NCBI RefSeq assembly: GCF_009914755.1
Contig: NC_060933.1
DNA from: the human T2T-CHM13v2.0 reference genome, Homo sapiens
Reading direction: 5' to 3' (one strand)
DNA length: 64,000 bases
Part shown: positions 51,897 through 64,000 of the stretch, piece by piece
Layout: each line of letters opens with the position of its first letter
Position numbering within the stretch: the stretch's first letter is position 1
Notes under the pieces: generated by a model
Told to the model about the DNA's origin: nothing
What the model saw: only the letters and a program-made list of their open reading frames with translations
The model's database searches: none
Position numbers and translations under genes: made by a program

Positions 51897-52914
51897 CAAG
51901 GTTTCTGCATACACATACAGTATAAACCGCCAGGTTTTGGCTTCTATCCTCTCTTTACCATGAGAAGTGGAGTTAGGCCTGTAGAGTGTTACAGTGCTTC
52001 AAGTACCTTAAATATAGCCTCCATTCAAGTGGGGAGGCACTTTATCTTTTTGGTTGTAAAACTTGCCAGGAAAATATGAGATCCAAAATAGCACACCCAG
52101 CTGCAGTTTGACATGGCATAATTACAGCTCTCCTGTTTGTTGTAGGCAAAAGAAGAGACCCTTGCTGTGTCTTAACAAAAGGAACAGATCGTTGCCTAAA
52201 AGGCACCCAGTTACTGTGTCCTCAATTTCCCAATCAGAACTGTCAGAGATTACACTTAATTAAGCCATCTTCTCCCAGGCTTGTGGGATCTGGTGGGTTC
52301 CAGTGGTAATTACTAAGGCTTCCCAGTAGGACTGATTTTCCTGTGCCTCTATGCACACTCTCATGGCAGGCAGGGGTAGTTTGGGCTGAGATGAGATCTT
52401 GGCTTTTTTTCTCAGCATATTCTGGACCAAGCACTGACTGTTTTTAAACACTATTTTAGTTGAATCTAGGTTGACCTGGCTCTTCTACAAGCATGTAAAT
52501 GCTGAAGAGAACACACCAGGGCTTGAGGGGGAGAGTGATCTATGGGTAGGGCAGGGCCACTTTCTTTTTGCCTTGCAAGGAGTTCTCTCACTGTTCTTTA
52601 AGGTGCTTTGGGCAATGAACCTGGAGAATCAGCTTCATGCTTATCTTGGACTGAAGAGTTGCCAGCTGTTCATTTATCCTCTCTGCTTATTGATCCATTT
52701 GATGCCTGTCAGGTGCCTATGCATTGCTTGCATTCCCTGGGTTGATTATGCGTTTGACTCTGATGGAGATCCCATTATTTGTTTTTCTGCAGGAGATTAA
52801 GTAAATGTCTAGAGCTGGAATAATGGAGAGGGCAAAGAAGGTGAGGCAGGAATAGAGAGTTGAGATTCTGTTTTGCATCTTCCTTGCTTGCTACAGTGCA
52901 CTTGGCATAAGGGG

Positions 52915-53945
<1,031 letters not shown>

Positions 53946-56933
53946 AGTCTTCTCTTTAAGCTTAGAGTTCCCACTCCATCTTTGGGATTTAGCACATGTT
54001 CACCAAAGAAAAAAAACCCAGTCACGTTTTGTGTCCTGTAAAATCTGACACCTTGGCCTTCAGCTAGTGTTTAATTGAACCTCTCCTGAGTCCACTAGCC
54101 TCCAGGGCACATCTCATGTGAGTTCCTCCATTGAACTGTCAGCACTTTTGGCCACCTCTAATCCTCTGCCGTGAGTTTCTCTCCTGCCTTCAGAGGAGTC
54201 TCTTGATCCCTTTGCCTATGAGACTTCATAAAGTAGTGCCTCAACTCTGCTGCTGCTGTGAGCACTCATGGTGGGATGCTGATGTTCATGGCAAGGGGTC
54301 TGTCTCCTAGGGCTGCTGAAGCTGCCAACTCTTGAAGTGCTCCTGTGTTGTCCCTGTACTGCCTGGCAGTGTTCTGGCCAGGAGTGGGGAAGAGGTTTCC
54401 TTCCCACTATGGGCCATACTTTGCCTGTGGTCTGATTTTTAGTTCAGGTTTAATCTACAAAGGAAATATGTGCTGGGCTGGCTCAGGCCCAAGCCAACAC
54501 CAAAGTCTCGAGCCAATGCCAGCGCACAGTCACCAGGCTAGTGGCATGTTCATGTAGGGGCCTGGATCCCTGGCGGTGGAGTCCTATGACCACACGGATA
54601 AAATGGGCTGAGATGACAGTGAGTGATGGCTCCACTAAGAGCTGTCTCCATCAGGATGTCTGCTCTTCTCATCACAAAAGAGATAATACACAAGGTATTT
54701 GCTTTTCCTGGCGCAAAGCAGAAACTATTACTTGAAAGTTTCTGACATGCAGACTTAATGGTGCCAGTCACTTTGTGGCTGCTTAGTAAATATTTATCCA
54801 AAAAATTGCAAGGCCAAAAAATATGTCTAGTAGCCTGTGTTCTCATAGCAGAAACTTCTATTGCATTTCTGCTTTTGACTGGGAAGAAGGTTCCAGAACA
54901 GACAGTCCCATCTCTAAGTAAATCTAGCAGGAGAAGCAGTAACTTAGACAGGGAAAGCTGAAATCACAATAAAAGAATCCATCCAACAGCAACTCATGAA
55001 TTTTTGAGAGGAGCTAGAGGAGCTACTCTGAGGGAGATTTTCTCTTGTGTTTCAAACCATTTCTGACCCCTGACTTAGCGAATCATTATGTTTCAGTTAC
55101 AAAAAAAAAAAAAGGTTATCCAAGACTGTGGAGGTTGTCCAGATCTGTTACTTCTCGGTCTAAGAGGAAATCCATCCTGCACGAAACATGGGACAGCCTT
55201 CATTCACCTTACTTGGCCCTTTGAACTGCCAATAGAATTTCACCCAAAAAGGAAGTTTACAGCTCCTTATTATGGTAAGTGCCAACATATATCAATCAGG
55301 GTCCAGTCAGAGACAGAAACCACACCTGGTATTTAAACAGAAGGAATTATGCTAACAATTCATATTTGCATAGCACTTACAGTTTAGAGAGCACTTTTCT
55401 TATATTCTGCCCCATTTAAAATCATCACAAAATTGGAGTGACATAGACAAAACATTTTTTTCTTTATGTAACTAAGTAGATATCTAATTATTCTAAAACT
55501 TTTTTGCATGTGTGTGAAAAGCTATACATATGCATGAAAAATATCAAATGGCACAAAGGGGTAAACAATAAAAAGAAACTCTCCCTGTTACCTGTGATCC
55601 CTAGTTCTATTCTCCAAAATTTTGTTTTCTTCCAGCAATTTTCTTTGCATGTATGAGTTTGCACACACAAACACATCCACACATAAACATATATAATATA
55701 TACATAGTTATATATATCTCCACTAAATAGTTAAAATTAATATAATTCCTTATAATATACACACATATAATTTTGTGTAAATACATCAAAGATTATGTCA
55801 CATTAGTCTTTTTTCCTTTTTATTTTCTTATATGGCTTTCTCCATTCCTCGTTCATTCATTTATTTGGAAACTATTTACTGATAAGCTACTATGTTCCAG
55901 GCATTGTATTAGGATGTGGGGATACACCAGAGAGCAAAACAACTCAACACCACGGTGCTTATGTCTCCTTTCCTTTTTCCAGGTCAGCATGTGGCATTTT
56001 CATGCCCCAATGGGGTATCTCAGGCAACACTTCACAGCTCATGGCATGGTGTGGGGGCTCCATTCTATCTTCCTTTTTTGCAAGAATGTGAGGCTTTGCC
56101 ATGTGTCCCTGAGCCTCCCAACCACTAGGGTCCAGGTCTAGTTACTATTCTTCTATGAGCCATTTGGCTTTCATTTTTGCCCCTCCAGTTGAGCTGGGCA
56201 TCCTTCTTTCATTGTTGGTATCTGTGAATTTCTTTTCTTGCTTTCTAGTTCATCTGTGTATTTAAAAACTTTATTTTGATGAGTTTGTGCATTTTTATTT
56301 AGGATTTCTGCATGCTGATGGCTGAGGTGGGAGTGAGGAGGTCCTTCCATGACAGGTCACTTTGTCATGGTGACCCAAAGTGCCCAGGAGTGTTTTGACA
56401 GATGCTGGGAGAGACTGATAGTGAGAGAGTTATGCAAAGGGAATGGAAAGGTGTTTTGCTGGGCACTAAAAATGTGATCCTCTACCTTCCACAAAGAATG
56501 GTTTAAATTGCTTTTTAATTTATTTTATTTTTATCAAGCTATATTTTAATATAGTTCCATGCACAAAATGGAGTCACACAGTGCTCCAGTTATATTTGAA
56601 ATCTGCCTTTAGGTTTCCGGTGATGGAGATGGTGAGCTTATTCATCTCAGAGTTTGCCATAGAGTAGATCCTCAATACATATTGTGTAACAAATGTATGA
56701 ATTCATGGATGAGTGAATAAGAGTTAATTTGTTAGGATAAAAATCCTGCTGTTGAGGTCTTCCATCCTTAATAATTTGGCAACTCTAATGGTTGGAGGAG
56801 GTGCTATAACATTGACCATCAGCCCCAAATTAAGTTAGTGATAAACAATGACATTCCTGATAGAGGGAGCACAAGGGAAATATGAACGGCAAAACTAGAA
56901 AGAGGGAGCTTGAAGAGAAAACATTTCTCCAAG

Positions 56934-57340
56934 TGTCTTAGTCCTTTTGTTTTCCTACAAAAGGATACCTGGGGCTGGATAATTTATAAAGGAAAAAGAG
57001 GTTTATTTGGCCCGTGGTTCTACAGGTTCTACAAGAAGCATGGCACCGGCATCTACATCTGGTGTGGGCCTCAAGCTGCTTCCACTCATGGAGGAAGGCG
57101 AAGGGAAGTCTGCCACATGGTGAGACCAGGAAGCCGAACGAAAGGAGAGAGGTGCCAGGCCCTTTTTAACAATCAGTTCCTCCAGGAACAAATAGAGCAG
57201 GAGTTCACTCATTACCACAAGGACAGCAATAAGCCATTTATGAGGGATCTGTCCCCATGACAGAAACACCTCCCGCCAGGCCCCACCTCCAACAATGGGG
57301 ATCACATTTCAGTGTGAGATTGGGCAAGTCAAACAAACTT
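56934..57340 (-). mobile_element. MSTB-type solo LTR
   Basis: tgtcttagtcc...aagaagcatggcaccggcatct...ccccacctccaacaatggggatcacatttc. Confidence 0.85.
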
Positions 57341-57887
57341 TGGAAGTGACAAGCTGTAACATCAAGGAAGTGACAAATGGAAGGCAAGTTAAAAAAAGAG
57401 AAAGAAATGACATTGATCACCTTATAGCAGAAATGCTTTATTGTCTCTGTGGAGAAAAATCAAGTAGAATTTTAAAACTGTGAAGAAAGGAACTGTGGGT
57501 TTCTCATCCCACATTGCCTACCAGGTGTAGTGACAGATTTGCCTCAGGGATGTTTTCATGATGACAGGGAAAGGCATCATTACCAGGGAAGTTGCAGGCC
57601 AGCTGGGCAGCAGTTCTCATATAGACTGAATGGCAGGTTCTTCAGAACATGAAACCAACTCAGAAGAAATTTAAACTTAGGTGTTGTGGGGAAATTAAAA
57701 TAGAGGCTTTTGATTCCAAAGAGGAGAGAGAGCTTGATAATCACATGAAGTTGGTGAGGATGAATGTCAATGAAGCAGGTGTGAGATTAGAAGCTAAATC
57801 AATGGCAGTTTTCAGTGCACTGGGATCAGAGAGGAAGCCCTGGACAATGGGCAGAAATTAGTGGACCACACTTACGAGGAGGGTGGG

Positions 57888-58241
57888 TGATATGGTTTGG
57901 CTGTGTCCCCACCGAAATCTCATCTTGAATTGTAGCTCCAATTATTTCCACGTGTCATGGGAGGGACCCGGAGGGAGGTAACTGAATCTTGGGGGTGGGT
58001 CTTTCCCGTGCTGTTCTCGTGATAGTGAATAAGTCTCACGCGATCTGATGGTTTCATAAATGAGAGTTCTGCACTCTTGTCTGCTGCCATGTAAGATGTG
58101 TCCCGCTTCCCCTTCACCTTCTGCCATGATTGTGAGGCCTCCCCAGCCATGTGGAACTGTGAGTCCGTTAAAACTCTTTTGTTTATAAATTACCCAGTCT
58201 CGAGTATGCCATTATTAGCACTGTGAGAACAGACTAAAACA
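57888..58241 (+). mobile_element. THE1B solo LTR
   Basis: tgatatggtttggctgtgtcccc...ccatgattgtgaggcctccccagccatgtggaactgtgagtc; 5-bp TSD gtggg. Confidence 0.92.
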
Positions 58242-58881
58242 GTGGGAAGAGGAAAGTTGGGAAGAAGGTACCCCAAAGTGTGTAAAAGAAGAAGAGAATG
58301 ATAAGTCCACAGCTGGACCCAGAGGCTACTGACAAAGGAGACAGAATGATTCCAATCTGTTCTCCTGTCCTCTCTCTCAAGGATATGGTCTTCAAACTGA
58401 AAAGCACAGAACAAAGAGTATGTGAAAAGGAAACTGCAGCCAAATAAAGTTCAGAAAATAGTGAGAACCAGGCCCAGATGAATTATCTTCCAGAGATTAC
58501 AGGAGCTAGAACTATATGAAGCTGTTGTCAATAATCTATGAGAAATTGTAGAAAATTGGTGCTGGCCAGCAGATTGGAGCTGAGTCAACATGATTTTCAG
58601 CAGAGTGAAGTCTTCATGTGAATTAGAAAAAGGCACCCCTTCATCAAGATGCTTTTCTTCCGTCTGTTGGGAAATTACCATAATATACAGATTTTAAAGA
58701 ATAGGATACTTCATGGCCACCTGCCGGAAGAGTCTTATAATATTCAATCCTCCAGTCTATGATATCTGCTATGCATGTGGTCCCTCCTAATATGTGGGCA
58801 CTCTTAAGTATATAGCATCTGCACACCCTGCCTCTAAGTTTCAGGACAGGAAAAGGGTGGGTTACAGAAATTATAGAATAA

Positions 58882-59221
<340 letters not shown>

Positions 59222-60200
59222 TTAGAAAGTAATGTGCCGACGTGAGAATTCATCAAGAATGTTGATTAATGGAGAAGAGTTAACTTGGAGAGAGATTTCT
59301 AGGGCAGATTATAGTGCTCTTTGCTTAGTTCTGCCATCTTTAGCAATTTCTAGACAGCATGGGCCTTAAATTTTCAGATGCGATGCTAGGAGTGGGTAGA
59401 GGCTGGGTAATAGAACTGGGTACATAGAACGTTGACAGACTGAAATGATGGATTAATTTGTTAAAATTATATTTAATAGAGAAAACTTGTAGATCTCAGC
59501 CATTATACAATGTCATAAGTATAGAACGGGGGAAGATATGAGTTAGAAACATGAATAAGAGAATTCTGTTGCCAGGAGCCTCAATATAAATAACTAGTGA
59601 AAAGTGATCCCTATAAAAGTTTTTGGGGTCCTAGACCACAACAATGAAAATAAAATTATTAGAATGATAGAGGTGAGGGCCCTATTCTGCTTTTTTCAGT
59701 TCAGACCATGATTTTACATTTGATTCTGGGCCCCACACCTGAAGATAAATATAACTACCGGGAGTAAATTGAAATGTTTGTCTAAGAAAGTAAGAGAAAT
59801 GGAAATTATGTTTATATAGCAGTCTAAGGAATTGGAGATACTAGCTTTTGTGACAGAGAAAATTATAAAAGAAAAAGTTACTTGTAATTGGTAACTTTCC
59901 CATTGAGTCATCATGGTTGAACACTCTTTTGTTTATGGAAAGCAAAGTCATTCTTGGAATAATGGTCTCTGGCTTTCTGGGATTTGGGGAGAAGTCTAGA
60001 CACCAAATAGAGAACAGCCAAAGGGAAAGATGTGGAGGAGAAGGGATGGACTGGGTGGGGATTCGTGGGCTGTGAATCTTCCTTCCACCACATCAGTAAA
60101 ATCTTTGGCCAATTTACATCCTTTCTTTTGCTTGGTGGAAGGTATTTGTTGCTGAAGGCCGGGATGAAGTGTTGAGTTCTGCTTCAAGATGGATGAGCTT

Positions 60201-60524
<324 letters not shown>

Positions 60525-61405
60525 TCATATGGCAATAGCTTCAAAATGCTTTAAGTTGAAAGATTAGTAAACAATCAATGTAAGCCAGTAGAGCCGAATT
60601 AAGACCAGTGAGCAAAAGTTCTAGAGAGGCAGGGTTGTTCTGTGGTGAAAAGGGTGCTTTCTGAGAGGTAATGAGCTCCCCCTCCCTGAGGGGTACAAAC
60701 AGGCTGGATGATTTTTTTAGGAGATAATTTTTGGGAAGTATTAAGCCTGAGAAAGGAATTAAATTCTCATTTAAACCCTTAATATCTCTTCCCAACTTAA
60801 AATCATTGGAGTTAGTGGTTCTAATTTGCAGCAGAGATAGCCTGTGGTTCTAATTTGCCACACTCTACAGCCATTCTTTTTTCCTTCTTCCATTTAGGCA
60901 GGCCAAACAAACTCCACCCATTATGTTTGACTGATATATCTTCTCCTTTATATTGAGATGAAATTCATATAACATAATACCAATCAGTTGAAAGTGAGCG
61001 ATTCAGTGGCATTTGATATATTCACAATGTTGTGCACCTCCCACCTCTATCTAGTTCCAAAACCCTTGCATCACCCCAAAAGGAAACCCCACACCCGCTA
61101 AGCAGTTCCTCTTGTAAGTCAGTGAATCTACAAGTTTTCCTTTCATCTCCCTTGTCATGCCATTTATTTGTGAAAGAAATGTGGTCATTTCTACTGCAGA
61201 ATTTTCTACGTTCTGAATATGGCTACTTGCTTCCTATGGTGTTTAACTTGTTTTTCTATTCCTCTCTCTCCTATATTTTCTATAGACTGGTAGTTGTGTC
61301 TGGAGGCCTGGTTGGATCCAGAGTCAGCAGTTACTTTGGCAAGGATAATTCACAGATTTTGCTGCATAGCTCCTAGGCCTCACATCAACATACACAGTGT
61401 CCTGA

Positions 61406-61717
<312 letters not shown>

Positions 61718-61990
61718 CCAATTTTTGCGTCATACCGAGATGAGCAGTGGGTTCAATAGCTGTCAGCCTGATTCATTCTACATAAGTTTAACCACCTGCC
61801 CCCCGTTATTCAATGATTTTAGTGTTCACCAATGATTGCTTAATGTTCTAGAGGGGAAGAAGGGGCCCCAAAATGTGTAAAAGAAGAAGAGGATTAGTCC
61901 TAATGATTATTCCATTAGGGATTGCTAAGTGTCATTTCTATCATTTCTTCTGCCCATATTATCTGGAATTCTATAAAAAAGTATACCTTT

Positions 61991-62310
<320 letters not shown>

Positions 62311-62315
62311 TTATT

Positions 62316-62660
<345 letters not shown>

Positions 62661-62934
62661 TCATACAGGAAAAGCAGGATAAATGCTTGATCCTAGCATG
62701 TCATCAGTTTTCTGAATAGTGAGTCAATGGCCTAGAAGGCTCCAAGAAATGACCAGTGCATGCTACTATTGTTATTACTAATTTAAAAAATACTGTAGTG
62801 TAACCTGGGTAGCACTCTCAGGGAGTTTTACTATTTCTTTAATTATTGACCACACACCCTGTAGTGGTTTAATCTGAATTCACCAGGCTTCCACTGTTTA
62901 TTCCTTCATAAAGCAGTTTGGAGTGGGACAGCTG

Positions 62935-63200
62935 ATGGTGGAAGCATCTATTGGGGGTGGTTAAGTGGCCTGGCTTTGAGTTCTGGTCTATCTACATCCA
63001 AATTCTGGCTCCAGCACTTAGCAGGTGTGTGGTCTTGACTACATTGCCAAACTTCTCCAAGCTTTAGTTTCTCCCCTGTGAAAAATAGGATAATAGTATT
63101 CATATTGAGTGTTTTGGTGTTAAATAAGATAGTGGTGTATGGTGCTTAACACCCAGAGCCTGGCAGGTAGCAAGGTTAGAAAAACGGGAACTATTATCAT
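62935..63200 (+). mobile_element. MIR
   Basis: aattctggctccagcacttagcaggtgtgtggtcttg...tttagtttctcccctgtgaaaa. Confidence 0.8.
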
Positions 63201-63512
63201 GAGAAGCCTCTTGAAACAGTCTTGCACCCCATAGATCCATCCAGAAACACAAGAATTCCCGCCAAATGTTAATACTTCCTCACCACCAGTCACACGGGGA
63301 CTTGGCTTGCTCCGTCTTGGATCTGAATTCAGCTGTAGCTTTATTCACCAGATCAGGCAGCTGAGCCCTCTAAACATGTCCCGAAAAGAACTCACTTTCC
63401 ACCACCCACTGTGCTCACCAATATTATTGAAGTTATTTACCATCTACTTATCTTTCTTTAAACGTAAGTTTTGATGAACTCTGTGCATAAAGATGAGAAA
63501 TATATCTGATGG

Positions 63513-63955
63513 TTGTGGCATATTTCCCCCTCCTGCCTCGCTCTCCATCCTTTACCCTGCTCCATGCTGGAAGGCTGACCATATGGACCACATCAGTGGG
63601 CTTCCGTGTTCTCAGGCTTCTGGCTGGGTTTGGCTGATGGGAGGCACAGGCAGGGGGCCTGGAGTAAGGCTGTGGTTTGATTCCTGCAGCTCCTTCCCTG
63701 CCAGGTCATTGTGGCTTGGCTGCATTCCCCTACTGCAGGCTGCAGCTCCTGTCTGGCAGCCCTCTCTCATGCTCTCTGTAGTTTCCAGACATTTTGGCCT
63801 GTGGGAGGTAACAGCTCCCCAGCATTTCCAGCCACAGGATGGTGCATCATCTGAGGTTGCTTTTCCTAACTCCTCCCCTTGACTTTGTAAACAGTACTTT
63901 CACTAAACTCTGCTTAGAAGTCCCAATGTAAGTGTGCCACTGTGTCCTCCTGAGT
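63513..63955 (+). mobile_element. LTR33-type (ERVL) solo LTR
   Basis: aggctgaccatatggaccacatca...ggcttctggctgggtttggctgatgggaggcac...tttgtaaacagt; accounts for ORF 63493-63882. Confidence 0.75.
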
Positions 63956-64000
63956 GTTACAAAGTGTTTGTGATAGTAGAAGATCAAAACAACCTAAAAT

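Overview
This is primate genomic DNA, catarrhine and plausibly human given the AluY copies. It is non-coding and dominated by transposable elements. I find no supportable protein-coding gene, tRNA, rRNA or CRISPR array. Almost every ORF in the track is Alu-, L1-, LTR- or microsatellite-derived, or a short chance ORF. Main contents: 29 Alu or Alu-monomer copies; one full-length but inactivated old primate L1 (L1PA15/16-like, 31277-37774, +) inserted into a MER5 element; several older L1M blocks; MaLR and ERVL solo LTRs (MSTA, MSTB, THE1B, MLT1A/A0/C, MLT2, LTR16, LTR33); DNA transposon relics (MER47, MER82, MER3, MER5, MER81, Charlie1); MIR and L2 fragments; a long, fragmented L3/CR1 relic; and an uninterrupted (GAA)33 tract. 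The sequence does not support a new biological system. The most unusual directly visible observation is an ~87-bp templated insertion, carrying a G-quadruplex motif, that was copied from 3.2 kb upstream into the middle of an Alu. Also notable are a repeat-free 2-kb block at the left end with an exon-like cassette and an immune-type motif cluster, a hairpin-dense unique segment at ~29.3-29.7 kb, and several insertion or repair scars. Repeat subfamily names come from my recollection of consensus sequences, boundaries are approximate, and both need RepeatMasker/Dfam confirmation.
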